64,000 nt of DNA from Thermoplasmatota archaeon (GTDB taxonomy: Archaea > Thermoplasmatota > Thermoplasmata > UBA10834), in the NCBI GenBank assembly GCA_040751795.1, contig JBFMHR010000004.1:160001-224000 (forward strand). Direction: 5' to 3'. The notes below the pieces were generated by a model that saw only the letters and a list, made by a program, of their open reading frames with translations, ran no database searches and was not told where the DNA came from. This document shows positions 28,202 to 38,312 of this stretch, in pieces. Position 1 is the stretch's first letter, and every line of letters begins with the position of its first letter. A program made the translations under genes and the position numbers.

Positions 28202-29958
28202 TAGTACTCGCCCCTGTTCTTCTGCTCCCGGTCGAGCCTCGAGTCCTTCTTGTTGATCCTGGGCCTCGAGGTGTCCTGGTCGCGCCTGAAGGTGATGTCC
28301 ACGTCCTTCAGGAACCTGTTCATCCCGTCGCGCATCTCCATCGGGCCGTTCGCCTGGCCTTTCGAAGAGGCGACCCCGGAGAACACCATGAGCGAGTCGG
28401 ATATGAGGTCTATCATGTAGACGTCGTGGTCCACGACCACCGCCGACTTCCCGAGCTTCTCGATGACCCTCCTGATCGTCTTAGAGGTCGTCATCCTCTG
28501 GGACGAGTCCAGGTACGCGGAGGGCTCGTCGATGAGGTATATGTCCGCCTGGCGGCCGAGGCACTCGGCGATGGCGACCCTCTGCAGCTCCCCGCCGGAG
28601 AGGGTGTCGACGTCCTTGTCCATGAGGTACTTGAGGCTGAGCGGGTGGGCGACCTCCGCCTGGAAGAAGCCCGCCTCGAAGTCCTTGCCCAGCGAGGTCC
28701 TCAGCATGTCCCTGACCGTCCCCTCGAACTCGGGCTTGATGTACTGGGGCTTGTAGCTCACCGCGGCCTCGCCGGTGACCTCGCCGGAGCTGGGCGCGAT
28801 CTCGCCGGCGAGGACCTTGACGAAGGTGGTCTTGCCGGTCGCGTTCGGACCGACGGCGCCGACCACCTCGCCCCGCCTGATGGCGCCCGGCGACACATGG
28901 AGACTGAAGCTCTTGAAGCGTTTGCTGAGGGCGGTGAACGTGACGAGCGCATCCGACTGCCAGTCGCTCCTCGGCGGCCTCCTCTCGAACTTGATCTCGG
29001 TGTCCCTGAACCTGATGTTCTCCTCCCTGAGGTAGCCCTCGAGGTAGACATTGATCGCGGTCCTCACGGGCCTCGGTTGCGCCATGACGCCGTAGGCTCC
29101 CTCCGACCCGTACATGATGTGGACGAGGTCGGCGAGGAAGTCCATGATGGCGAGGTCGTGCTCTATCACCACGACCTGCTTCCTGGTGCTGAGGTCCTGC
29201 ACCACGTTCGCGACCTTGAGCCGCTGGAATATGTCGAGGTACGAGGACGGCTCGTCGAAGAAGTAGACGTCCGCGTCCTTCAGCATCGTGGCCGCGATGG
29301 CCACCCTCTGGAGCTCCCCTCCCGAGAGCTTCGCGACGTCCCTGTTGAGTATGTTGGATATGCCGAGGAGCTCGGCCGTCTCCCCGAGCCTCGGGGAGTC
29401 ATCCACCTTCGCGAGGAGCCCCCTGACCTCGCCCTTGTGGACCGCCGGGAGCTTGTCCACGTACTGGGGCTTCAGGGCGGTCCTGGTCTTGCCGTCCGCG
29501 AGGCCCTTGAAGTACTCGTGCAGCTCCGTCCCCGCGTACTTCGCGAGCACCTTCCCCCAGTCGCCCGGCCCCTTGAACTCGCCGAGGTTGGGCACGACCT
29601 GCCCCGAGAGGATCGATATCGCCGTGGTCTTCCCGATGCCGTTCGGTCCCAGGAGCCCGATGACCTGCCCGGCCCTCGGGGCCGGGAGCCGGTACAGCCT
29701 GAACGCGTTCTTGCCGTACTGGTGGACGAGCTCGCCCTCCAGCTCCTGCGGCAGGCCGATGATCTTGATCGCCTCGAAGGGGCACTTGTGGACGCAGATG
29801 CCGCAGCCGACGCAGAGGTTCTCCGCTATGACGGGCTTGCCGGAGTCGCCCATGGCGATGGCCTCGACGCCCGTGCGCACCGGAGGGCAATAGCGTATGC
29901 ACTCCTGGCTGCAGCGCTTGGGCTGGCACCTGTCCTTCAGGAGCACCGCGATCCTCAT
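28192..29958 (-). CDS. Ribosome recycling ATPase ABCE1 (RLI)
   Basis: N-terminal Fe-S domain (C.PK.C..EC..CP; CVGCGICVHKCPF), two ABC domains with LSGGELQRVAIA, C-terminal RPRINK...GEYYY. Confidence 0.97.
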   Translation of the reverse strand: MRIAVLLKDRCQPKRCSQECIRYCPPVRTGVEAIAMGDSGKPVIAENLCVGCGICVHKCPFEAIKIIGLPQELEGELVHQYGKNAFRLYRLPAPRAGQVIGLLGPNGIGKTTAISILSGQVVPNLGEFKGPGDWGKVLAKYAGTELHEYFKGLADGKTRTALKPQYVDKLPAVHKGEVRGLLAKVDDSPRLGETAELLGISNILNRDVAKLSGGELQRVAIAATMLKDADVYFFDEPSSYLDIFQRLKVANVVQDLSTRKQVVVIEHDLAIMDFLADLVHIMYGSEGAYGVMAQPRPVRTAINVYLEGYLREENIRFRDTEIKFERRPPRSDWQSDALVTFTALSKRFKSFSLHVSPGAIRRGEVVGAVGPNATGKTTFVKVLAGEIAPSSGEVTGEAAVSYKPQYIKPEFEGTVRDMLRTSLGKDFEAGFFQAEVAHPLSLKYLMDKDVDTLSGGELQRVAIAECLGRQADIYLIDEPSAYLDSSQRMTTSKTIRRVIEKLGKSAVVVDHDVYMIDLISDSLMVFSGVASSKGQANGPMEMRDGMNRFLKDVDITFRRDQDTSRPRINKKDSRLDREQKNRGEYYYG

Positions 29959-30001
29959 CGGGTTGGGTTAAGGCGGGGTCCGTTCAAAAACATATCTGAG
30001 G

Positions 30002-31498
30002 CTAGTCCTCGAGGCCCGCCTCGATCTCCTGCACCAGGGGCTCGATGTCGAGCTCTATGAACCCGACGGTCTGCACCAGCTCGTCCGCCCTGAACTTCTG
30101 CCCGTAGGACCAGAGCTCCCTCAGGTAGCCCCCGGCCCTCTCGTCCGCGAACCACTCCTCCCCGAACTTCTCCTTCATGGCGGCCCTGAGCTGCCCCTCG
30201 AACACCCACGCGCGCAGGTACTCCGCGCAGTAGAACCCGTCGTCGACGTCCTCGAGGAAGTGCTTCTCGGTGTGCCGGAACCTGAGCCCCCTCTGGAGGG
30301 TGGTCCTGTATACCTCCGCGAGGTCGGGCGACACCCTCCCCTGGTGCAGCTTCATCTCGTAGACGAGCTTGCACGCGTACCTGCGCAGGAACATGAGCTT
30401 GTTGAGCAGGGCGAAGCGGACGAAGGGCTTGGGGTCCCCGAGGCCGAGCCGCCCCTTGAGCCAGTTCGGGTCCGTGACGAGGTAGTTGAAGAGGAACGCG
30501 AACGCCTCGGTCACCGAGTTGTCCCCGAGGTACCTGTACTCCGCCGGGAGCTGCCTCTTCGTGCTGCCGAAGTGCCACGCGTGCCCGCCCTCGTGGAAGA
30601 AGGACTCGTAGTCCCTCCATCCGCCCATGGGCTTGATGACGAGCTTGACGTCCTCCGGCACCCTGACGGGCGCGCAGAAGGCCCTCGGGGTCTTCTTCTC
30701 GCGGTCCTCGGTGTCCATGGTGATGTTGGTATAGGAGCCGGGGTCTATCCCCATGCCCTTCAGAGTCTCCCGGAACGCGCCGACCAGCCGGTCCTTCGAG
30801 AAGTAGGCGTCGTACTCGTCCCCCTTGAACGCGTAGGGGATGTCGCAGCTCCAGGCGTCGGCCAGGGGCAGCTTCGCCCTCTCCTGCAGCACTGAGTCCA
30901 TCTCCCGCACGTACAGCGCCTCGGTCCTGTGGAGGAGCTCCTCCATCCCCGCCTCGAAGGCCTTGTAGTCAATCCCCTTGAGCGTCGAGCACATGTCCCG
31001 GTAGCTCTTGAAGCCGAGCTCCGCGGCGGTGTCGTGGACCGTGCCCATCCTCTCCATGAGGATGGGGTTCAGCTCGGCCATCGCCTCGACCTTCGCCTCA
31101 AGGAGCCGGTGCCTCGCGCCGGCGACGGCCTCGTTCCTGAGCCTCACCGGGACCATCCTGTACGGGATGTCCTCGCCGTCGAACCTCACGACGGCCTTCG
31201 CCTCCCAGGTGTTGACCCTGTCCGTGAGGGACTTCACCGCGCTGTCGACGTAGCCCATGGTCGAGAAGGCCCTGAGGTACCTCTGCCAGCGCATGTCCCC
31301 GTCCGTCGCCTCCTCCTCGGCGGCGCCCGCGACAGCCTCGATGGCCTCGGCGGTGAACAGGTGGGCGTACTTCTCGTAGATGGGGACGGTGCTCAGGTCG
31401 TCCTTCAGGCCGGCGTAGTTGCCGTAGAACTCCTCCATGAGCGCGCTCTGGAACGGCTCCAGATCTCCCCTGACCCGGCTGAGAAGGGGCGAGGCCAT
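30002..31498 (-). CDS. Gluzincin metallopeptidase (M3/M2-like)
   Basis: HEGGH zinc motif, downstream VTEAFA third ligand, and R..K.PRAFC upstream. Confidence 0.75.
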   Translation of the reverse strand: MASPLLSRVRGDLEPFQSALMEEFYGNYAGLKDDLSTVPIYEKYAHLFTAEAIEAVAGAAEEEATDGDMRWQRYLRAFSTMGYVDSAVKSLTDRVNTWEAKAVVRFDGEDIPYRMVPVRLRNEAVAGARHRLLEAKVEAMAELNPILMERMGTVHDTAAELGFKSYRDMCSTLKGIDYKAFEAGMEELLHRTEALYVREMDSVLQERAKLPLADAWSCDIPYAFKGDEYDAYFSKDRLVGAFRETLKGMGIDPGSYTNITMDTEDREKKTPRAFCAPVRVPEDVKLVIKPMGGWRDYESFFHEGGHAWHFGSTKRQLPAEYRYLGDNSVTEAFAFLFNYLVTDPNWLKGRLGLGDPKPFVRFALLNKLMFLRRYACKLVYEMKLHQGRVSPDLAEVYRTTLQRGLRFRHTEKHFLEDVDDGFYCAEYLRAWVFEGQLRAAMKEKFGEEWFADERAGGYLRELWSYGQKFRADELVQTVGFIELDIEPLVQEIEAGLED

Positions 31499-31652
31499 GT
31501 GCCGATAATCACGCTCATCCGGTATATTCGTTTGCCTCTGGGGGCCCCCTGGCACGTGCTGGCCGACGGTGGCCGCGTCAATATCATCAAATATCCACCC
31601 AGGTCTTACTCAGGCGGCGGTCGGCCAGAGGGCCGGGCTGGTGCTTCGAGAG

Positions 31653-32936
31653 ATGGACACAATCACGACCTTCATCGCGATCGGTGCCATCATCTTCATA
31701 GGCTTCTTCGGGAACGTCCTGTTCAACAGGTACAGGATACCCGATGTCCTGATCCTGATCTTCCTCGGGATGGCGATCGGGCCGGACATCCTGGGCGACA
31801 GGTTCGGCTTCGTCGACACGGGCACGCTGAACTACATCAACACGTTCAGGGACGTCTTCCTCTCCGCCGCCCTCGTGATCATACTCTTCGACGGCGGCCT
31901 CTCCCTGGACGTCAGGGCCGTGATCGAGTCGATGCGGCTGACCGCCCTCATGTCGGTGCTCACATTCGTCATCGAGATGTCGGCGGTCGCGGCCCTGCTG
32001 CACCTCGTCATGGACATAGACCTCATGGTCTCGCTCATCCTCGGCGCGATCGTGGGCGGGACGACGGGGGCGGTGGTCATCCCCCTCGCCTGCAGGATGC
32101 GGATCAAGCCCGGCACCAAGTCCATGCTCATCATGGAGAGCGTCATAACCGACGTGCTGGTCATCGTGACGGCCCTCACCCTGATCTCGGTGGCCGAGAA
32201 GGGCGAGGTCAGCCTGCTGTCCGTGAGCACGGAGCTCGCGGTGAAGTTCCTGGTCGGCGGCGCGGTCGGCCTGGTCGCCGGGGTAGCTTGGCTCTACGTC
32301 CTCCAGAAGCTCCACAACCAGCCCCTGGCCTACATGATCACCGTCGCCGCGCTGTTCGTCATAGCCGGCGTGGTCGAGCTCCCGCCCGTGAGCAGCTCCG
32401 GCGCGGTCGCGGCCCTCGCGTTCGGGCTGGCCATCGGCAACAGGAAGTACATGAAGAACAGGCTCGCGTCCCTGTCGCTGACGATGCTCACGGAGGAGCA
32501 CATCCACCACTTCCACACCGAGATAACGTTCTTCGTCAGGACCTTCTTCTTCGTCTACCTGGGCCTCTCCTTCAGGTTCGACACCTTCACCGCGACGCAC
32601 CTGGTGGCCGGCCTGCTCGTCATAAGCGTCATAGTCCTGGCCCGCCGGTTCACGTCCCTGCTCGTGTGGAAGGTCTCCGAGATGGACGAGGAGGACGCGG
32701 GCGCGGTCTTCTCGATGATGCCGAAGGGCCTGTCGGCCGCCGTGCTCGCGACGCTCCCGGCTGTGGCGCTCGCCGGGACAGCGCTCTGGCAGGAGGAGTA
32801 CGGACCCCTGTTCATCAACGTGACCCTGCTCGTCATACTTGGCACCACGGCCCTCGCGACGGTCCTCTCCTTCGCGACCGAGAGGGGCATCGACAGGAGG
32901 AACAGGATGGCCCTCCGCAGGCGGCTCATGGAGTAG
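31653..32936 (+). CDS. Cation:proton antiporter (CPA1/NhaP type)
   Basis: IPDVLILI, ILFDGG, ESVITD, FFVRTFFFVYLG, MPKGLSAAVLA. Confidence 0.9.
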   Translation: MDTITTFIAIGAIIFIGFFGNVLFNRYRIPDVLILIFLGMAIGPDILGDRFGFVDTGTLNYINTFRDVFLSAALVIILFDGGLSLDVRAVIESMRLTALMSVLTFVIEMSAVAALLHLVMDIDLMVSLILGAIVGGTTGAVVIPLACRMRIKPGTKSMLIMESVITDVLVIVTALTLISVAEKGEVSLLSVSTELAVKFLVGGAVGLVAGVAWLYVLQKLHNQPLAYMITVAALFVIAGVVELPPVSSSGAVAALAFGLAIGNRKYMKNRLASLSLTMLTEEHIHHFHTEITFFVRTFFFVYLGLSFRFDTFTATHLVAGLLVISVIVLARRFTSLLVWKVSEMDEEDAGAVFSMMPKGLSAAVLATLPAVALAGTALWQEEYGPLFINVTLLVILGTTALATVLSFATERGIDRRNRMALRRRLME

Positions 32937-33011
32937 CCCGCCCGCCGACTCCCGCCGGGCCGACGCGCTACATTTAATAGCGGTGCTTTCCATGGTGGAC
33001 GGCTGGTCCAC

Positions 33012-35216
33012 ATGTCAAGGGTGCTGGTGTGCGTCGCTTGGCCCTACGCGAACGGGCCCATACACGTCGGCCACGTCACGGGCTCCATCCTCCCGGCGGA
33101 CATATTCACGAGGTACAACAGGCTGGCCGGGAACGAGACCGTGATGGTCTCGGGCTCCGACATGCACGGCGCCCCCATCACCGTGAGCGCGGAGAAGGAG
33201 GGCGTCCCGCCGGAGGCCATAGCGAACAGGTACCACGAGGCCAACGCGAAGGCCATCGCCGACCTGGGGATCGACTTCGACCTCTACACCCACACCCACA
33301 CGCTCAACCACCAGGAGACGGTCCACGAGATCTTCCTCAGGCTGCTGGAGAAGGGGCACCTGGAGAAGAAGTCCACGCCGCAGTTCTTCTGCGCGAGCTG
33401 CGGCAGGTTCCTCCCCGACAGGTACGTCGAGGGGACGTGCCCCCACTGCAGGTACGAGCGCGCGAGGGGCGACCAGTGCGACTCGTGCGGCATGGACCTC
33501 AACGCGGAGGAGCTCCTCGACGCGCGGTGCCAGCTCTGCGGCGGAAGGCCGGAGCTGCGCGATACCGAGCACTACTTCCTCAAGCTCTCCCACTTCACCG
33601 ACGGGCTCATCAGGTACGCCGAGGCCAGCTCCCACTGGCGACCCCACGTCAGGGCGTTCACGGTCAACGTCCTCAAGGAGGGCCTCGTGGACCGGCCGAT
33701 AACCAGGGACCTGTCGTGGGGCGTCCCGGTCCCCGTCCCCGGCTTCGAGGGGAAGAGGATTTACGTGTGGTTCGAGGCGGTCATGGGGTACCTGTCCGCG
33801 ACCAAGGAGTGGGCCAACACCGAGGGGACGCCGGACGGCTGGCGCAGGTTCTGGGATGACCCGTCATGCAGGTCATACTACTTCCTCGGGAAGGACAACA
33901 TAGTGTTCCACACGATCATCTGGCCGGCCATACTGATGGGCCACGGCGGCCTCAACCTCCCGTACGACGTCCCGGCGAACCAGTTCATGAACCTCGGAGG
34001 GCAGAAGTTCTCCAAGAGCATGGGCGTCAGCATCGACATCCCCTCGCTCCTCCAGAAGTTCAGGCCCGACGTGGTCCGGTACTACCTCTCCGCGAACATG
34101 CCGGAGACCAAGGACTCGGAGTTCTCGTGGGAGGACTTCGCCCAGAGGGTCAACAACGAGCTCGTCGCGACATACGGCAACTTCCTCCACAGGGCCCTGT
34201 CGTTCACTTACAAGAACTTCGGCAAGGTGCCGGAGAAGGGGGGGCTGGACGACCGGGACAGGGCGGCGCTGAAGCGGATCGACGAGGCGGCCAAGGAGGT
34301 CGGCGACGCTTTCGCCACGTGCGAGTTCCGGCGCGCCCTCAAGGGCGTGATGGACCTCGCCCAGTTCGGCAACCAGTACTTCGACGCGGTGGCGCCGTGG
34401 TCCCTGGTGGGCACCGACAGGGCCCGCTGCGGCACCGTCCTGCACGTGAGCCTCCTGATATGCAAGGCGCTCTCGGTCATGGCGTGGCCGTTCATGCCCT
34501 TCTCGTCCGAGGCGGTGTGGAGGCAGCTCTGCATGGGCTCGACCATAGCGGAGACGGGGTGGGGGGCGATCGCGCTCCCGCTGGACGAGGGCAGGGACAT
34601 GGAGAGGCCGTCGCCCCAGTTCGCCAAGGTCGAGGCGTCCTCGTCGGGCGAGTTCCAGAGGTACGCGGCCCTCAACCTCAAGGTCGGGAAGGTCCTCGAC
34701 GTCCGGCAGCACCCCAACGCCGACAAGCTCTACCTGATGACGGTCGACGTGGGGAGGCCGATCACCATCGTCAGCGGCCTCAAGGAGTTCTACACCGCCG
34801 ACGAGCTGAAGGCGAAGACCCTGGTCATAGTGACCAACCTGGAGCCCGCGACCCTGAGGGGCGTGAAGTCCGAGGGCATGCTCCTCGCAGCCGAGGCCGG
34901 CGGCAAGCTGGCGCTCCTCACGCCCGAGAGGGATCTGCCAGCGGGGACGCAGGTGTCGAGCGGCCTCGAGGCCGGGCATAAACTGCTCACGTTCAAGGAG
35001 TTCCAGAAGCTGGACATCAAGGCCGGCGCGCTCGAGGCGGGCCAGGCCCCGGTGCTGGATGTCGGCGGGAGGAAGGTCCAGTGCACAGTCGAGAAGGGTG
35101 AGCCGGGGAGGACATATCCCGCCTTCATCGCGGGGGACAGGGCGCTGGTCATCTCCGCGGAGGGGGCGAACATGGTCTTCGACAGGGAGATCGCCGCGGG
35201 CGCCAAGATAAGATGA
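33012..35216 (+). CDS. metG: Methionyl-tRNA synthetase
   Basis: AWPYANG..HVGH, GSDMHG, zinc knuckles, YVWFEA, GKDNIVFH, KFSKS, C-terminal tRNA-binding domain HPNADKL...GVKSEGMLLAA. Confidence 0.98.
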   Translation: MSRVLVCVAWPYANGPIHVGHVTGSILPADIFTRYNRLAGNETVMVSGSDMHGAPITVSAEKEGVPPEAIANRYHEANAKAIADLGIDFDLYTHTHTLNHQETVHEIFLRLLEKGHLEKKSTPQFFCASCGRFLPDRYVEGTCPHCRYERARGDQCDSCGMDLNAEELLDARCQLCGGRPELRDTEHYFLKLSHFTDGLIRYAEASSHWRPHVRAFTVNVLKEGLVDRPITRDLSWGVPVPVPGFEGKRIYVWFEAVMGYLSATKEWANTEGTPDGWRRFWDDPSCRSYYFLGKDNIVFHTIIWPAILMGHGGLNLPYDVPANQFMNLGGQKFSKSMGVSIDIPSLLQKFRPDVVRYYLSANMPETKDSEFSWEDFAQRVNNELVATYGNFLHRALSFTYKNFGKVPEKGGLDDRDRAALKRIDEAAKEVGDAFATCEFRRALKGVMDLAQFGNQYFDAVAPWSLVGTDRARCGTVLHVSLLICKALSVMAWPFMPFSSEAVWRQLCMGSTIAETGWGAIALPLDEGRDMERPSPQFAKVEASSSGEFQRYAALNLKVGKVLDVRQHPNADKLYLMTVDVGRPITIVSGLKEFYTADELKAKTLVIVTNLEPATLRGVKSEGMLLAAEAGGKLALLTPERDLPAGTQVSSGLEAGHKLLTFKEFQKLDIKAGALEAGQAPVLDVGGRKVQCTVEKGEPGRTYPAFIAGDRALVISAEGANMVFDREIAAGAKIR

Positions 35217-35875
35217 GGCTCGACCTGCACGTCCACTCCACCCACTCCCGTGACGGGACCGCGTCCCCCGGTGACATCGTCCATATGTGCCGGCGGCTCG
35301 GCCTCGCAGGCCTGGCGATCACCGACCACAACGCCATAGACGGCTCGCTCGCCGCGCAGGCGCTGGGCAGGGCCGAGGGGCTGCTGGTGGTGACCGGCGT
35401 GGAGGTCTCCACCTCCGAGGGGCACGTGCTCGCGTACGGTGTCAAGGAGCTGGTACCCCGCGGCCTCACCGCGGCCGAGACGGTCGAGAGGGTCAGGGCC
35501 GCGGGGGGCGTGGCGGTCGCCGCGCACCCCAGGAGGTTCCCGTCCGGCGTGGGGCTGGCCGCCGCAGGGGCGGTGCCCTTCGACGCGGTGGAGGTCCTGA
35601 ACGGGGGGAGCTCCAGCGGGGCGAACAGGGCGGCGCTCAGGCTCGCGCAGGGGCTGGGGAAGTCGCAGACCGGCGGCAGCGACGCCCACAGGCTGGACGA
35701 GGTGGGGCGGGCCTACACCGAGGCCGAGTCGGTCTTCACGGAGGACCAGGTCCTCGATGCGATAAGGAAGGGGGCCACCAGGGCCGGGGGCAGGAGCAGG
35801 ACCCTGAGGGAAGGCGTCGTCTACACGGTCGAGACCACAGTGGAATGGCTGCGCGGCGGGATGAACAGGCTGTGA
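35213..35875 (+). CDS. PHP-domain phosphoesterase
   Basis: DLHVHS..S.DG, ITDHN, GHVL, AHP, GGSDAH. ATGA overlap with metG. Confidence 0.92.
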   Translation: MRLDLHVHSTHSRDGTASPGDIVHMCRRLGLAGLAITDHNAIDGSLAAQALGRAEGLLVVTGVEVSTSEGHVLAYGVKELVPRGLTAAETVERVRAAGGVAVAAHPRRFPSGVGLAAAGAVPFDAVEVLNGGSSSGANRAALRLAQGLGKSQTGGSDAHRLDEVGRAYTEAESVFTEDQVLDAIRKGATRAGGRSRTLREGVVYTVETTVEWLRGGMNRL

Positions 35876-35878
35876 GGC

Positions 35879-36238
35879 TCAGAGCTTCCCCGCTATGTGC
35901 TCCCCGATCTCCATCAGCCTGCCGGCGAGCTCGGTCGTCTGCATCTCGTGGCTGGCCGTGACGACCAGGAGGGCCCTGTTCCCCGCGCTCGTGAGGAGCA
36001 TCTTCCCGCGGCTGAGCTCCACGGAGACGTACTGCAGCTTGTCCTTCATCTCCGCGGTCGCGGTCTCCGCCGCTCCGAGGAGGATGGCCGACATCGCCAC
36101 GTAGGTCTCGAGGTGCACGCCCTTCGGGCTGTCCCCCGCGATGTGCATGCCGCTCCTCGAGACGACGGTCGCCTCGTACACGGACGGGATCGCCCTCACT
36201 TCGTCTAGAATCTTGTCTATGGCAATGTACTCCGGCAT
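35879..36238 (-). CDS. Roadblock/LC7 domain protein
   Basis: 119 aa; VVSRSGMHIAG and AMSAILLGAAETA pattern. Confidence 0.88.
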   Translation of the reverse strand: MPEYIAIDKILDEVRAIPSVYEATVVSRSGMHIAGDSPKGVHLETYVAMSAILLGAAETATAEMKDKLQYVSVELSRGKMLLTSAGNRALLVVTASHEMQTTELAGRLMEIGEHIAGKL

Positions 36239-36385
36239 GGTTCGGGCAGCCCCCTCTGACTAGCGGAGTGAGCATGACCCAGAGAGAATATAAACTTTGG
36301 GCGGCAGCCTTCAGGCCCTGCGACACCACTGACCTCCCCCTCGATGGGTTGATATCCGCATAGCCCAATCAAGCAGGCGGAACCG

Positions 36386-37423
36386 ATGAGGATTCTCCAC
36401 CAGGACGCCAGGAGCAACGAGATCAAGCTCATGCCGCAGAACATCGACGACCTGTGGCACCTCTCCAACCTGATAGACGAGAGGGACATGGTCTTCGCCA
36501 CCACCTACCGGAGGAAGGAGGAGCAGTCCGACAAGCTCCGCAACGAGAGGATGGAGAAGGTCCGCATGCGGCTGGGGATCAGGGTGGAGAAGGTCGAGTT
36601 CCACGAGTCGGACGACAGGCTCCGAATCCTCGGGAGGATCGAGTCGGGCCCGCAGGACATAGGCGAGCACCACACCCTGATGGTCTCCCCGGGAGAGGAC
36701 ATCACGATCATCAAGCCGGAGTGGAGGACGCACCACTTCGACAGGATCAAGAGGGCCGTCGCCGCGGCGGAGAAGCCGTCGCTCGTGTTCGTGTCGATAG
36801 AGGACACCGAGGCGGTGGTCGCGGCCGCGAGGGAGTACGGCATCAAGGAGCATGCGACCATAACCCGCAACCCGGGCGGCAAGATGTACGACGCGAAGTC
36901 GAACGAGGCGGAGTACCTGGACGAGGTGGTGGAGAAGCTGAGGACGGTCCACAGGGACGAGCCCCTCCTCGTCCTGGGGCCGGGCTTCGTCAAGGAGGCG
37001 CTGGCGAAGCGCGTGAGGGAGAAGCTCCCCGAGGCCGCCCGGCACATGTCCGTCCACTCGACGGGCCAGGCCGGCATGGCCGGCATCCACGAGCTGATGA
37101 AGAAGGGCGTCGCGGGGAAGCTCCTGGACGACACCAGGGTCGCCCATGAGACGCGGATGGTCGAGGAGCTCTTCACCGAGATCGCCAAGGACGGCATGTT
37201 CGCATACGGGGAGGCGTCGGTCGCGAACGCGGTCGCTGCGGGCGCGGTCCGCGTCCTGCTGGTCCTGGACACGAAGGTCCGAAGCAGGGCCGTCGAGGGG
37301 ATGCTGAGGACCGTCGAGGGGGCGAGGGGCGAGTTCGCGATAATCAGCTCGATGCACGAGGCCGGCAGGAGGCTCGAGTCACTGGGCGGCGTGGCCGCGC
37401 TCCTGAGGTACAGGATGGAGTAG
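36386..37423 (+). CDS. pelA: Archaeal Pelota (ribosome rescue factor)
   Basis: DDLWHL, RLRILGRI, GEHHTL, GPGF.K, AYG, HEAGRRLESLGGVAALLRY. Confidence 0.96.
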   Translation: MRILHQDARSNEIKLMPQNIDDLWHLSNLIDERDMVFATTYRRKEEQSDKLRNERMEKVRMRLGIRVEKVEFHESDDRLRILGRIESGPQDIGEHHTLMVSPGEDITIIKPEWRTHHFDRIKRAVAAAEKPSLVFVSIEDTEAVVAAAREYGIKEHATITRNPGGKMYDAKSNEAEYLDEVVEKLRTVHRDEPLLVLGPGFVKEALAKRVREKLPEAARHMSVHSTGQAGMAGIHELMKKGVAGKLLDDTRVAHETRMVEELFTEIAKDGMFAYGEASVANAVAAGAVRVLLVLDTKVRSRAVEGMLRTVEGARGEFAIISSMHEAGRRLESLGGVAALLRYRME

Positions 37424-37428
37424 CCTGC

Positions 37429-37833
37429 TCAGTGCATCCTCTTCCTCGCGTTGACGATGTCCATCGTCGCGTCGATGAGCATCGATATCGGGAAGGGCTT
37501 CGTCCAGAAGGACACCGCCCCCGCCCTTATGGCCTGCTCGCGGACGGTCTCGTCCGCGCTGGAGAATATGATCGGTATGCTCGGGTCGATGCTCTTGATC
37601 GCCTTGGTGGTCTCGATGCCGTCCTTCCCGGGCATCCTGTGGTCCATGATGATGGCGTCGGGCTTCGAGGGCATGTCGCGTATCAGCCGCACGGCCTCGT
37701 CGCCGTCCCTGGCCGCGAAAACCGTGTGCCCCCTGGACTCGAACATGTCCTTGTAGAGCTCGCGTATGAAGTCCTCATCGTCCACTACGAAGACGCGGGC
37801 CGGCATGCCTTCGGCTCGCCTCTGCTCCCTCAT
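37429..37833 (-). CDS. Single-domain response regulator (receiver)
   Basis: VVDDE, MDHRMPGKDG, SAD, KPF. Start could be 37806. Confidence 0.92.
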   Translation of the reverse strand: MREQRRAEGMPARVFVVDDEDFIRELYKDMFESRGHTVFAARDGDEAVRLIRDMPSKPDAIIMDHRMPGKDGIETTKAIKSIDPSIPIIFSSADETVREQAIRAGAVSFWTKPFPISMLIDATMDIVNARKRMH

Positions 37834-38026
37834 GGTCGTATAGCCTCCTGACATGTTCGCCAGTGCTCGCAAACCAGGCCCGTAGTATGCCATTGCATGT
37901 ACCCTGGTCAGGTACTGCGCGCATATGTGGCACGCTCATCCCGTAGCCATGCCACTAGTGCATCCCAGCTATCCCGATGCGCCGTCATCTCCCTCGGCCT
38001 AATTAAACTCTTGTGCCGGGGGCGGT

Positions 38027-38311
38027 TCACTGTCCATCGTGCTGGTGCTTCGCCTTGAGCGCGCGCAGCTCCTCGGAGATCTTCCTGAGGGTCGGGAAGG
38101 ATATGGCTCCCGACTCGCACTTGCCCTGGCAGCCAGTGCATCCGACGACGCAACTGTACGGGCTAGACACGGCCGGCGCGCCGTCGACCCAGCTGTACAC
38201 CTTCCTGTGACAGAACTCCACGCAGACGCCGCAGCCGCTGCACTTCTCGCGGTCGATCGTCGGGAACCACTGGATCTCCTCCCGCGGTATCCCGTGGTAC
38301 TTCTCGCCCAT
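38027..38311 (-). CDS. 2x[4Fe-4S] ferredoxin
   Basis: CSGCGVCVEFC and CVVGCTGCQGKC; N-terminal GIPREEIQWFPTID. Confidence 0.9.
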   Translation of the reverse strand: MGEKYHGIPREEIQWFPTIDREKCSGCGVCVEFCHRKVYSWVDGAPAVSSPYSCVVGCTGCQGKCESGAISFPTLRKISEELRALKAKHQHDGQ

Positions 38312-38312
38312 C

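Noticed and set aside
38027-38311. Possible HgcB (mercury methylation ferredoxin)
   Set aside because: No C-terminal Cys-Cys tail and no adjacent HgcA corrinoid protein with its cap-helix motif.
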